A DNA stretch of 64,000 nt from Tubulanus polymorphus (Eukaryota > Animalia > Nemertea). Location: NCBI RefSeq assembly GCF_964204645.1, contig NC_134027.1, forward strand, positions 1,582,485-1,646,484, given 5' to 3'. The notes under the pieces were generated by a model. That model was not told the origin of the DNA, did no database searches, and worked only from the letters and a program-made list of their open reading frames with translations. Shown here one piece after another: positions 1 to 13,602 of this stretch (positions are counted from its first letter, which is position 1; the number at the start of each line of letters is the position of its first letter). A program made the position numbers and the translations under genes.

Positions 1-140
1 AAGACACTCAGTAACATCTTTCATATTTCTGTTCAAATTAATCAGTGATCAACAGTAAGACCCTCAGTAACATCTTTCATATTTCAGTTCAAATTAATCA
101 GTAATCAACAGTAAGACCCTCAGTAACATCTTTCATATTT
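1..140. repeat. ~56-bp tandem repeat (~2.5 copies), part of a dispersed element also at ~3575-3780 and 42639-42830
   Basis: CTCAGTAACATCTTTCATATTTC...GTTCAAATTAATCAGT repeated; shared AAATCAGGAACAGTTGG tail. Confidence 0.7.
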
Positions 141-363
141 CGGTATACATCAAACCAGTCTTGTTACGAAAAAATAACAAAGACTGAAAATCAGGAACAG
201 TTGGAAACTCTGAACTACAGGATGTACTGTAGACATAGAGAGACTCAATAGTGAAACCAAATCTCAGTTTGAGAATGAAACTATTAGGTAACAATAAGTT
301 GAAATCTAACGAGCTACAGAGATTGGGGGCGGGGGAAAGGGAGGGTTTCTACAGATTTTATAC

Positions 364-3300
364 CATGTTTTCGTAACTTCTTTTTTTCTACGGGAAAATT
401 TGATTTTTCATTTGTATTCACTGAAAATTAAATGTACATGAATCAAATTTAAAGGTTTGAGATTTGGCCATTTGTCTGCTACTAAAGTACACCATTCACA
501 CGTAGTAGAAGCTCATGGCACATTACCTTCTAATTTCTCTGTAAGCTTCATCTGTTCTTTAAGATCCCCGGATAAAATATCAGAACTCAGAGTCAGATCA
601 ATTCCTGACATTTTAGGAGTTTCACGAGGTGATAAGTAGATTTCGGTCGGCGCCATTGATAACTCAGACTCCGTTTCTGACTCCTGCGAAAAAAATAATC
701 AAAATCTTAAATAAATATTTTCAAGCATAACCCAGTCTGAACGCTTTGTTCCGAGTCACAGAACCTTCTTTCAATTAGATCATATGATATGCAGTTATTT
801 GGCGCATGTTTGCCCGGCAAATTGGCACCGGTCCTGTGGCCAGAATAAATACTTAACCCCCATCCGTGATAAAAGTGACTCATCTGTTTCTGGAGAGCAC
901 CTTCGATAATAGTTCCACTATCTATTCCTATTCTAATCTATAAATTTGTTACAAAAGACACAAACTTACGACATCTTCCTCATTGTCGGATTGTTTGAAA
1001 GCAGTTCGACCTTCGATAAAATCCTGAGAAAATTCCATATTAAACGGGATCAAGTAACTATCGATATCAACCGCATCCGGATTCTCAGATACTCCTTCAA
1101 ACACTACAGCCGGGTCTTCATAGATTTCAGATTCTACAAACACAAATAAAATGCGTATATAATGTTTCCGAGATGTTTCCTCGAGCTGATATTTCAGTCG
1201 ATACTTTATCCTAATAGCCATCTTACAGGAATAATAATGTCATAACAAAACTATCAGATATAGGCCTATATACAGTCCAGAAAAAAGGGACTGATTGAGC
1301 AATAAGATGGATACAAACAAAGGGTACAGTATCAAAGTCATCCAAAACATTTTTAACCATAGATTGAATTTTTGAAAGAGATATTCATGGATAGTAAAGT
1401 AAGAATCCAGTAGGCCTACCAGTTTCAAACTGTTCTTCGCATTCATCTTCTTCAACTATCAATGATGGACAAGCTGAAATTATTTCAAACAAACTTTTCA
1501 GTTCGACATGCAATAAAAACATCGGAGTGACGGCTGAATAACTGAAAAAACTCGCTGCTGCTGCTGATGCTGCTGCTGCTGAAGATGTCAATTGAAGTAA
1601 ATTAAATCAGAGACACAAATTGGGACCCAAAAATAGAGATGACTTATCTGATGACAACGTAAGCAAGTTTGACTGCAGTACAAATACTTCATCTTTTAGC
1701 ATTGGTTAAGACAACTCATAAAACCAATTGAATATTTCGACGTACTTTTTGAGCATTCAATAATGAAAATATGGTTCTTCATTCCGATTAGAATATCTCC
1801 GCGATTGTTGAAGAAACAAATCGAAGTCAGTGTGGCATCCATTGTTATCTCTGTTAACAGCGTTTTATCCGACAACCAAATCTTGATCGCTCCGTCACAA
1901 CTGAATTCAACAAACAAGATATAACTATGATTATTAGCTCGGGGTTCGAGTATCTCTGATTACATATTCATTGTAGATATCAATCACTTAGACTATCATT
2001 ACCAGTATTATCATTATTATCATTATCATTTTCGATCAATTTCATAGAAAGTTGATGAGGAATTTTACCTAGCAGAACAAAATATTCCTCTTTCAGCGCA
2101 GGCATCCACGGATAGAATCGGAGCTCTGTGATCTGCTTTCAGACTATCAGGTGAAATCTGTTCAACATTAGGAGCAGCAACTAAAATATCAAATTAATCA
2201 CGATTGGTAGAACACTATATCCGTGTTGACGCGATGATGAGAGAATCCCACAATGATAATACAAAGTCCGAAAATGAAACTTCGAGATAGTAGTTTATTT
2301 CAACGTTTCGACTATATCCTAATAGTCATTATTCCTGAAGATGACTATTAGGATATAGTCGAAACGTTGAAATAAACTACTATCTCGAAGTTTCATTTTC
2401 GGACTTTTTATTATCATTGTGGCATTCTCTCCTCATCAAATTAATCATTAGACATTTGAGCGATATATCAGCACAATTTCACGTGGATATCATAATGAGT
2501 CGTAAAGAATCCATCTTAACAAGGTATCAACTTTATAAATGTACCGTGAAGGTTAACTGATTTAATTTAAAATTACGGGTGCATACTAGCTTGGCTTCAT
2601 CAGGTAAATCAGAAACAAGAGTATTTTCAGAGAGATTGACACTAGAGAGAGTTATATTACAGATATCAGTGTGGATAGCATGGCAAACTATGGGAATGGA
2701 TGCTTTACCTTTAGGTCTAATGGGCCCGGGATCTTCTGTTGGAACTAACTGATGATGTATAACTCCTCCACTTTTGTGGCCGGTCAAAAAATTCATACCC
2801 TAACAATGAAATGCATCGAGTTTTAGGATGAACAATATTTCAAGACGATTGGAATAAGTGGACAAACTAAAAACTGACCAATCTACAGAATGAAACGACA
2901 TCTTGAGCGCAATAAACATCATGTTGTAATTGAAGTTGAGGTAATGACCAAATCTGTATCATAGTCACTGATTTCATATTACAAGCAGTTATCAAACAGT
3001 CATGCTTTACATCATGTTCTATTTGTAAAATCTGAAAAAAAATGGAAATAAATCTCATGTGAGAAAAATTCCGATTCAAATTAGATTCATGTTTTGCATA
3101 GATATTCATTTTTTTTTACTTACAGCATCTTTATTCGCTCTGAATTCTAAATATTTCATTCCTTTCACAACTGGATCCATGAACAATATACGACCATCCT
3201 GAATACGAAATGAAAACTCCGTAAGAATTGTTTGAATTCCTATCAACGTTTTTTGCAGTACTAGAAATAGTTACCTCCAATCCTAACAGTAGAAATGATC

Positions 3301-6300
3301 TTTTAAGAGGCGTAACGGGTCCTTCGTCGGTGAACACTACAGCAGCCGATTCTAACTGACATAAACTACAACAATCGCTGATCACTTCATTACCGTAACC
3401 ATTCTCAGTAGCTCGGTGTACGGCTAAATTAGAGTTCACCATCGAACTCATCGCTCTACAAATATCACAGATATATCAGTATATTAACAACCACTTCGAC
3501 GACAGGGTGAGAAATGAAATAGCTTTTGGAACGGATTGCAGCAATAGCTTGGCTGCTAACCTCTAAAAAGTGCTATCAGTAACATATTGAATTTTTTTCA
3601 TTAAAATCTCATCGAAATATGAACGATAATGTTCAAATTAATCAGTAATCAATAGCAAGACACTCAGTAAGATCTTCTTTCACATTTCTGTATGCAATGA
3701 ACAAATCAAATCAGTATTTCTTGTTATAAGATAGTGACAAATACTGAAAATCAGGAACAGATTGAAGCAATTGTCTCTAACCTGACAGGAGGTCTTGTTA
3801 CAGCGTCAGTATTTTCACTATCATCGGCTTGTGTTTGTTTTGTGCGTGGTTCTTGTAGTTCGTGTACATTCCAGACAGCGATACGACATGCCGGATCAGT
3901 TCGAGTTGTATACAACCAGATATCGTGATGATTTACGAGTAAATATACGACGTTAAACCTACGACTGTAACAGAACGCTAGCACTGACTGTAGAGGAGAT
4001 ATAGGAGGAGGTGGAAGAACAGTTGATAGATTCTTATGAGAATTCCTCGCGAATAAACGCACACTGAAAAACAAAGGAGATAAATAACAATTTTGGCCGG
4101 TCTAGAAGTACATGTACTCATAATAGAAGACCAATAATAATGAAGATTTAATAACAGAATCTGTTACTCCGACATTTCAGACTGAATGTTTCTACCCATC
4201 TACAATACATGAAAATTTAAGTAACAATATAAAATAACATTTATTTCAAATGAATCTCTGAAGATGAGTAAAAGAATTCTCTCCAAAATATCACAGATTT
4301 TAATTGTTAAAGCATCAATAATGTGGGTCTAAGAAAAGAAGGAGACAATGTGGTTAACTCAAATCAAACAGTCCATACAGACATAATATATAAAGATATA
4401 AGTACCTGCTGTCATTACCGAGTGCTAGAACTCTTATTGATTTATCTTCAACACCTCGTTGTAAAGTTAAAGATGATACCGGATTTCGAGCCAATGCCCA
4501 GAAATGGTAAGTATTATTTAACGACCAAACGGATATAGTTCGGGACGTTCCTATATATAACAGTTTATCATCGGTTAAACCCATCCATCGAACCCCTTCT
4601 GAAGACACTACAATACTGAAAAATATATCATAATGATAACAATAATAGAAATTATAATATACTTTCTCATTAAAACACGTGGAGAATAAATATCAAGGTT
4701 AAAATTTACAAATGACTAAGAACAGATCAGTTTCAGCAATAAATTTTCTAACAGACAGATATTAAGGACACATGCATCAAAACCTTGATGAAAATTTGAA
4801 TGGTTCAAAACAATTTTTCCTGGGTTTGACATGTTTTCAAGTTCTTGTTAAAACACTCAACTAATGGACTTATTTGTTCTACAAATGAAACTAAGTTAAT
4901 TTGAGTTTTCTATCATACCTATAAACAATATCCATCGTATCAAGAGACCAAACTCTAATGCTGCCATCTAGCGATGAAGTCAGAAACAAAGATGAAGTTT
5001 CCGGATGTAAAACTAGATTAGTGACAGCTCGAGAATGACCTCGAAATGTGTGAATATGTCCTCCATTTATACTCCATACTTTTACTAGAAATATAAACAG
5101 ATTTACCATAAATAATTTACCATATTTACCATAACAGAATAAATTAGAGACATGGTTCTGACAGTTCACTTTGTCTAATGAATTTGAAGTAAATATCTGT
5201 GTTACTTTAAGACTAAAAAGATTTAATTTGGGGGGGGGGGGCAATTTCCGGGGGCAATTGTCCTGATACCCATTTACATTTTACATGGGAGATTTTTCCA
5301 AATGTAAATGCAAATTATCATTTTGAAATTCTCAAGTTTATCCCGATCTCCCAGCGCTGTGGGGACGATGCAGAGTGTTTATTTACCGTCAGCATCAGCG
5401 GATGACGTCACTAATAATCGAGCGTAATGAGAATAAGCACAGCCTGTGATTGACATCTGATGAGCACTGAAATATACACAACTCCTCATAACACAAATAC
5501 ATGAAGTCTTCATCAATTTTACTCTTTGTTAAATGTTTAAGTGCCACAATTGTAAATTATTCTTGCCATCCTTCATCAGTCTGAAATCATATGTGCCTGT
5601 CAAAGGAGTGGTAGCAACCACCCGAAATATTTTTATATTTTAGTCAATTTACAATTGTGGTACTTTTCTGTCATATTACTACATCACAGATATTGTAATT
5701 TCAGGTGATTCATGACTCAGTATGTAAAGCGTACCCAGAGATTTTGAGTAGTTGATTTCCATCGAGGTCATAAGCATAGAGATCAGTATCGGAACAACAG
5801 TAGAGATGTTGAAGAACGTGATCGAGTTCCACTTTCTTTACCCAACTACCGCCAACATCTTTCAGCGAATATCTAAACATAGTAACAATGAAAATTTATG
5901 GAAACTTTACATTTTATTTTTTAGGCTTTGTTCATGTTAGAATATGAATTATCTGTACTCAACACGTTACTTAAAGGTTAAGTTTAGGACAAGTTTTCAA
6001 ATTTTCAATGAAAAAATTAACGAAAGTGGGAGATATAAAGAGTTTTCTCATTATCCGTACTCACTTCAGTGACAATATATAGTTTGCCATTGGTTTTATT
6101 TCCTTCCAGGTTCGGTCAGCGGCTTGATGAAACCTCCAAACCTATCGAACAAATATCCACAATAACATCCACTATTTGGGTATGAAATCATAGTTAAATC
6201 GAAGCAAAATTTCGTACCTTTGTTCCACCAACTCCGCCGGTTATAAGTTCATCTTTGATCGGATTAAAAACCATGAATAAAACTGACTGTAAATTAGCGC

Positions 6301-7257
6301 TAACGCAACACGTTTCATCGAAATCTTTATTCAACACCTGCAGAAGAAAAAAGATCATCATTGGGAATGAAAATTCTCGATCAATCGAGTTTCAGAAGAA
6401 ATTTCAAATTACCTTCAATGAAAAATCTTTCCCCAAGCCGAAATAAACGTTGTATTTCCGTGCGTAGATCAGGGTCGTAATCAATCGATATTCATATTTT
6501 GGATAATTCAAAGCTCTTGAAACTGCAATAAATAATGAAACAATATTAGGAGAAAGTTGTACAGTAGAGGCACTGCGTTAACCCACTGTTAAATCGATAA
6601 ACTTGAAGATTTTATCAAAGATTAGGTAAAGCATTTTTTCTAGTAAAAAGGATGAATAATTTAAATAAAAGGAGCTTTTTTCTACTAAAATCAAGTTAAC
6701 CTACAAGTCTTCATGTTTACTAAGTTCACTTAATTATAGTATGAAAGTCAATAGACTTCATCTACAACATAAAGCCAACCTGGATTTTCAACTGCATCTT
6801 TCTTCCATATCGTTATTCCTTTTCCATCTAATATAACAAACTGTCTCATCCGACCATTAAAACAAACTGAAAATTATAAGTCGTTTAAGAGGTTTTTCTA
6901 CATTTGAATAAACAAGCAAGTTCTAATGAACATACCATCCATGATATTGGTTTGTTTTTTACTGTGTTCGTAAGCCGCTCTGGCCTGAAATCCGTACGGA
7001 ACTGTCGTATAATCCTCAGAGATTCTAGCACCGCTTTCACTAGTGACGCTGCTCACTTCACTAATCAATGAATGAACTGATGACGAATGCGACAAATTTC
7101 TATCAATTTCATCACGAATTTCATTAAATATTTTATCATCTGTGATGACGTTTTCATCATCGGCATCTCCTGAACCGGTATCCAGATACATAGCCGACGA
7201 ATTGGCATCCAGATCTATAGACTTATCATGTTTCTTATCTGCTGAGAGTATTTGCAT
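364..7257 (-). CDS. WD40-repeat protein, WDR87/WDR97-like; multi-exon, 3' end continues beyond position 1
   Basis: Approximate exons 6936-7257, 6748-6867, 6412-6523, 6218-6337, 6065-6141, 5729-5872, 5387-5467, 4918-5086, 4406-4610, 3782-4063, 3123-3457, 2879-3031, 2590-2798, 2069-2181, 1747-1900, then acidic low-complexity exons to a donor at 364/363. WD repeats such as VKVWSINGGHIHTFRGHSRAVTNLVLHPETSSLFLTSSLDGSIRVWS and IKIWLSDKTLLTEITMDATLTSICFFNNRGDILIG. Subfamily is recalled, not searched. Confidence 0.75.
2236..2437. repeat. Near-perfect inverted repeat (~95-bp arms) of a Penelope-like short element
   Basis: GTCCGAAAATGAAACTTCGAGATAGTAGTTTATTTCAACGTTTCGACTATATCCTAATAGTCAT and its reverse complement flank an 11-nt spacer. 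Confidence 0.9.
2332..2371 (+). ncRNA. Minimal type I hammerhead ribozyme motif
   Basis: TTC-CTGAAGA-T-GACTAT(TAGGAT)ATAGTC-GAAA-CG-TT-GAA: conserved core, 6-bp stem II, palindromic AACGTT stem III, 3-bp stem I, followed by AATAAA. Confidence 0.7.
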
Positions 7258-8149
7258 TTTGTTTGTCCGTCAGTCTCAGTGTCATTCAAAATCATGCACT
7301 AAAATTAATGAAACAAAGAGAAAGTTGTTAAAGAGTTTTTGTGTAATGAGTGACCACATTCTCCCATTTACAAAATGCCAGAGTTATCCCTCAAAATTCC
7401 CTGTTGAATCAGCCACAGGTGAATGGAGAAATTTATTCATTTCATATGAGAAAATTTAAAATTCATTAAGGAAACATGCGGTTAATAGCATTACACCCAA
7501 CCCAAAATCCTGGGTTTCCCAGCCTTTAATTTTAGCATTTATCTCTTTTTATGAGTGAGTAAGGCTAGATGAAATGATGCTGAAAGGAAGGTTTATGGGG
7601 AGTAGACCTTGTGAACCAAATGTGGCAATTTTACTCAGTGTCAGTAAAATTGGACTGACTAAAAAATAAAAAAAGGTCAACACTGTTTTAGAATGATTGA
7701 ATTTTAGTCGCAAGAATTCCAAAATAATTTGACTTTTCATTTACAAAGTCGTTTAAAATGGACTGTCTGAATTCATGTATAATCTGGATTTTGCTCATCT
7801 CTAATGCCCTTTGTTACCAAATCTACAATGCATGCAATTTGTTTGTTTGTTACGTAGTTTTTTGTATCAGAAAAGGCGCTTGCTGTCACTGATGTTGGAG
7901 GGTACCCCAAGCCCAAATGTTTATCATCATTCATTGGGTCACAAGGGGCTGATGAGGGCTATGATGGTTCACAGACAGGACAGAGGCTTATCACATTTGA
8001 TACTGTTGGTCAATATCTCCATGCATAACAATAATGAACAAATATCCTATATGTAATGGGCCAAAATTCAAGGTCAAGGGTAGTAAAAGTTGTTTATTAA
8101 ATTGTATTATATTTATATTGTATGGAGTGGACAAAAAACAACAATTAAT

Positions 8150-8640
8150 GTGCCGCGCTCGGCTGTGTGGTAGGTTACAATGCTGGTTGGGTTATTGAAA
8201 GGATGTCATGTGCGAACAGTTGAGTTATACATATGGAAATTTGGCTCTTCATCATTACCATAAATATTCAGCTTTTATGAAGGAATTAGCATGACACATG
8301 CGTCCACCGCCGCCATGTTGTTTACAATCACTATGGAACTGATTTATTCGATTGCCAGGGCAGGTGTTTTAAAATGCGACTCCTCCGAGAGAGAGTATAC
8401 AAACTACGATAAATATACTGAACACAATCAGGACACACAAAAATACATCAGATAGAATATCCTATTCACTGTCAACGATGTTTCGACTGACTGTTACATA
8501 TTTGCGGAGCCCTCCTTAATTTCGGAGCCAACCCCGCGTTCTCCGAGAACCCGGAAGTAATTGACTGCTCTAAATATAAAACTCAACAGAGCGAGTAGAA
8601 ATGTGTGTCAGTGTTTATTGCAGTGTTACTGGTGGTAGAT
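8150..8640. promoter_or_regulatory. Probable bidirectional promoter between the WD40 gene and the JmjC gene
   Basis: Divergent genes; CpG-richer patch with YY1-like CCGCCATGTT (~8310) and ETS CCGGAAGT (8551-8558). Confidence 0.5.
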
Positions 8641-8659
8641 TCGGGGTGAGGTTTCAGTG

Positions 8660-11600
8660 ATGGATCCCGGTAGAAATACGTCATCTCAATATGAAAGTCC
8701 TCGGGAGGCTTTTGAAAAAGTTTACCGTAAAGCCATCGAGCTCGGATTAAAACCTGAACATTTCGAAAACTTGGATTCCGTTCAATTCATCAAAACTCGA
8801 AAAAGTAACAAAACTTTTTGGATAGTTGTTTCGATTGTGATTGCGATATTGTTGTCATGTACGGTAGCGTTTAAAGATTGGCCCGTCACCAGTCGAAGTG
8901 TCGTCGATTTCTATTTCGAATATATCAAGAAATATGACAACGGTATCGAGCGCGAAAAGTGTATTTTTCCGGTTCCTGATTTTGCTGTGGATGTTTTCCG
9001 ACCGGTGAAAGATTGCAGCGTTTGCGAGGGTATGTCCGAGGTCGATCGCGTTTCGAACATCACCCCCGAGGAATTCGAGAAGAAGTACGCGTATTCCAAG
9101 CGACCGGTCGTCATCACCGATGGCGCTAAAAACTGGACGGCCCCGAAAATATTTAGCTTCGAATATTTCAAAAAGCTTTACAAGGATCAACCGACCGCGT
9201 TGGCGGAACACGCCGAAAAAAGTGGATGTCAGTTTTTTCCGTATAAAACCGAGTTTGAAGTTTTGGAAGATGTGTTTGATATGGGAGAGGCTCGTGCTCT
9301 GATGACCGATGGCTCTAAGCCGTGGTATATCGGCTGGTAAGCATTGTTTCATAATTCAGGCAGTGGATCTAGGATTGGCAGGCTGGGTCTGAAAAAACGG
9401 GATTCTCATAGTTAGGGAAATCTGGGAATTCCGGATTTAGTTTTCATTGTTGGAAAATTCTGACTCTTTTTCAAGGAATTTGAAAATCAGGGAATTTGAA
9501 TTTTTGATATCTTGTTATTCTTGCCGGTGATAAGTGACAAAACCTCTTGATTGGAAACAGGCCCGCTGAGGATATTTTATGATTTGATCAGCGAATTTTT
9601 AGTCGAAGGTCAAGAAAATATCAGGGAATTTTGCACCCTAGGCCTATATGGATTCCCTGATCTGTAAGAATCCTGAAAAAAAAGAAAGCCATCATGGCTC
9701 CGGGAATTAGTCTAGTATCTAGCTGCTGGGATAGCTCGTAAGATAATCTGGCATTCAGACTACCTGAGCTAGTTTTAGAAAATTAGAAATGTATCTGAAA
9801 AGACCCAAAGTTGGGTAGTGAAATGTGACGAGAGTCCTTAAGATGAAAGTCTCTCTTTAGATTTCGTTGATATTCGGCTATGTTTGTATGCTATGGTATT
9901 AGAATGTAGGTTTAGTAATAGACAGCACGGTGCATGTAGACAGCATGGTCTACGTGTCTGAAAACCCTTCACAGGTCAAACATGAATAAACCGGTTTCTT
10001 CAAATAGATCACCGGTAAATGTAAGATTGATATTTGAATAATGATCCTTGTGTGAAACAGAAATGGGATAATTTTTCGAGGGACAGATTTAGGTATTTAG
10101 GGGGATACCTAATGTAAAACAGTTGTATGATTTATTCCTGGTACTGCTGCTGCTGCTGCTGCTGCAACACTTTTGCATGTTTACTGCAACTGATTTTTCA
10201 TCTGCTGTTTTTATGATTTAAGCTAAAATTAGTGTATTTTTGCATCTACAGATGATAATACTATCTACCGTGATAATACTATTAGGCCTACACGGTGTGC
10301 GGTGTGATAAACTTATATATAGGTTGAATTGATCACTAAGAATGAGGTAAATAGACGGATATGCTGCAAAACAATCACTCCTAATACAACAACAACTTAT
10401 GGAAAAACCGGTTGCAACTTTTGGATCCGGGAGATTTCTAATCATTCTCTGAAATAGTCATAACTAATAGGCTACTCGTTTCAATAGATATCGATTCAAA
10501 TTTACTTTACTTTAGCTTTTGCCCACGGGTCAAATTTCGGGTTTGACTTGATGTTTGAATATGACTGGATCATTGGTCCCGTATGCGACGTGGCACTTGC
10601 TGAAAATCTGTTTGTTTAATGACCTTTTACAATTATCATCCTATTCTATATTTCAATGTGATATTTCACATCCTCTTCCTGGTCACAGCGCATCCATTTA
10701 AAATCATTAATTCAGATGCATTATTATAGGGGGGACACTATAAAATGTCTTCCGGGGAGACTTTGGCAGGAAAAACGGCATTTTACTGTTAAAAAGGTTG
10801 TATCTGTGTAGAATGATGCGTTAAGCCGGAATCTTAGAAAGAATGGGTTTCTGGGAAATGATATTTCAATCCATTTTTATGTAATTCAGTGACATTAGAG
10901 AATAAAGAAAAATTGCCATTTTGGAAAAATTGCTGTGACAGCATTTATTGGATTCCTGGGTGAATCTACCACTGATCTTTAATTCAATTAACTGGTTTAA
11001 GGTGGAGCTGCACCTGTGTATATTAGTTTTATTTATGTCAATAGATACAATTTATACAGATGCCTAGATTCAGATTTGCCAATTTCAATTCATCTAATAA
11101 ACCAAGGCGTAAGTAAATATTAACTGATTATCGTATGTTTTTATAGGAGCAATTGTGATTCGAAGATATCAGCTGAACTCAGACAACACTACGATCGGCC
11201 ATATTTTCTACCAAAACTCTCAGAATCGAGTAAAACCGACTGGATTTTTATGGGAAGTCCCGGATATGGAGCTCATATGCACGTAAGTCTTGTAAATACA
11301 GATCAGGGAAAATCTTTTTTGGTGTCTTGTTGTTGTTGCTGGTGACGAGTGGCGCAAGGAATTTCTTCATAAGAACTGATGATATCTTATTATTTTGGCT
11401 GATCTGTAAAATCGTGTTAATGCGGAGCAGCCATCTGTGTCATTTCTACAGCCACCCTGCCCTGGTGAAAATTCTGCTGCTCTTGTACATGAGTTGATGT
11501 CAGTGTCCTATTAATGCAAGAAACAACTATTGCTTATACATTAGTGAATTTAAGTGAGAGGGAACGTCTTAGAAGAACACTCAACAATTTTATCTAAAAA

Positions 11601-13602
11601 ATGTATTTTAATTGTATAGGTTGATAATGTAAATTTGCCGTCGTGGCAGGCTCAGATTACTGGTACAAAGAAATGGATTCTAGAACCGCCTCGAGAATGT
11701 CACTATACTTGTCCATCTCGAGTAGAAGTTGTAATACATCCGGGTGAAATTAGTAAGTACATGACATACGACTCAGCATTTCTCTTCATTATCATTCAAA
11801 TATGTAACTCAGTAGAATGTAAATAATTCATTCAGAAAAGGGCGACTCTTAATATTTCACAATCTTGAACAAAGCTGAAAACACCCCCTGGATTTACACC
11901 TACTTCTCTACATATAACTCATGAATTTTTTGCTGTTTCATTAATTGATTCCTCGGATTACGTATTTCATATTACCGCTTTTCTTTTGAAATATCAAAAC
12001 TAAATTGACCTTGTATGAAAGGGTAGTGATTCAATCTCGGTCGGCTTCCAATTTACGACAGATTCGAAGTAAAATTAACGTCGCGAAACAAATGATTTAT
12101 TGATGATTAAATCGTCAAATGTGATCTATTAGAATTCAGTTGTAATAATGTGAATTAAGTTGTCGTTATTTGAGAAACTCATTCAATCATGGATTGATTT
12201 GAGTGAAAGATATTTTCCGGATGACAGGTTTAATATTCACGCTCAGTCAAACTCAATCATACGCAACACGATTAGCTGGTTTTATCGGTTTTTATCGGTT
12301 TATATCGGTAATCATGCCTGATTGATTTTCACGGTAATCTTGTTTATAAGTAATCAGTAACTGTGGATAATTCACTGCGTAGGACGATGCATTGAACTGA
12401 CTATCCATCCTCGCATTGTCATGTTTTCTATATTTCTTGTTTTCACAAGGAGCTCGATTAAGGGTAAAATCTGACTATCTTACAGAAATGTCTATGGCAA
12501 ATGAATTAGAAAAAGACTTCTGTTAGTGGCCTTTTGACTTGAAAAATACCTTTTAATATTCCAGAAGATGACTATCAGGATAAAGTCTAAACGTTGAAAT
12601 AAATTACGTACTAGCTCAAGGAAACTTTTAAACTCCATTTTCCATTCTTATAAGTACCCATATTCCAAATCAAAATAAGCCTTTTTAAAGAAGTTTTCAG
12701 AATTCGTTTTCCATGAATGTCGTGCCTTTTTTTAACATCATTGCCTCGATCTGCCCTCATGGTCTGATCGTGTAGAACTGCAGAGGACGTAGAACTTAAT
12801 CTAGTTATCGTGACACTCCCAGGAGAGGCTTATGACGCCGGATTACCGCAGTGAGCCAGAAAATTCATCAATTCCACTATTTATTGTGAATAGATTTCGT
12901 TAGATGTATTTGTATTGGGTTGATGAATATGACTATCAGTAGCTTACAGGATTCATTCAACCAATCACACGCTTTCGTCGAAACCAACAAGCTGCACGTA
13001 TTTATTTATTTTGAACCCCTCGAGGAGGTGAACACTGCATAGAATTATTTCACGTTTTCCCTTGCTTTGAACAATTATCAGGTTGACTTTTCTGCTTAAT
13101 AAAATAACATTAGGGTTTATCCTAAAGTTGTTAACATTAGGTGACCTATCATGTGTTTAGATGAAGTTTCATTTAATGTTAGGCAATGAATCACACTTCA
13201 GTTAAAAATATAAAACATGTATTCAACCATGAAAATAAAAAACATATATTCAACAAGAGTAATAAGACATTTGACATTTTATAATAATGCTAGCTACGTA
13301 TGAAACAGATATAATGGTTCATAATAATAGTTTTCACTTAAGAGTTTTTTAATGATGTAGGTTTCAATTGGATTAATATAAACCTATTGAGTGTTTATGG
13401 TTGTTAATGCTATTAACTCAGTATGAGGAGACATATGTCAATAAATTCCATTAATTACGCGGTCGCAGCTGAAGTGAATGAAGTATTTAAAGTTTTCTAT
13501 TTGTTTTTTGTTGTAGTTGTTCTGGATACCGACACGTGGTATCACGCGACACTCGTTCTCGGAAACGAGATAAGCATCGTTATTGGTTCAGAGTATGATT
13601 AA
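8660..13602 (+). CDS. JmjC/cupin-domain Fe(II)/2-oxoglutarate oxygenase-like protein with N-terminal transmembrane anchor (~343 aa)
   Basis: Exons 8660-9336, 11147-11282, 11620-11752, 13517-13602 join in frame (1032 nt) with GT/AG sites. Motifs EEFEKKYAYSKRPVVITDG, WIFMGSPGYGAHMHVD (HxD), WQAQITGTKKWIL, TWYHAT (distal His). TM segment FWIVVSIVIAILLSCTVAF. Confidence 0.85.

Noticed and set aside
8855-9352. 165-aa antisense ORF, and other short track ORFs such as 36579-36854 and 57627-58016
   Set aside because: Shadow ORFs opposite real exons or low-complexity non-coding sequence, without motifs or splice support.
12735-12865. GC-richer patch in JmjC intron 3, considered as snoRNA, SECIS or alternative exon
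   Set aside because: No convincing C/D or H/ACA boxes, SECIS fold or in-frame splice sites.
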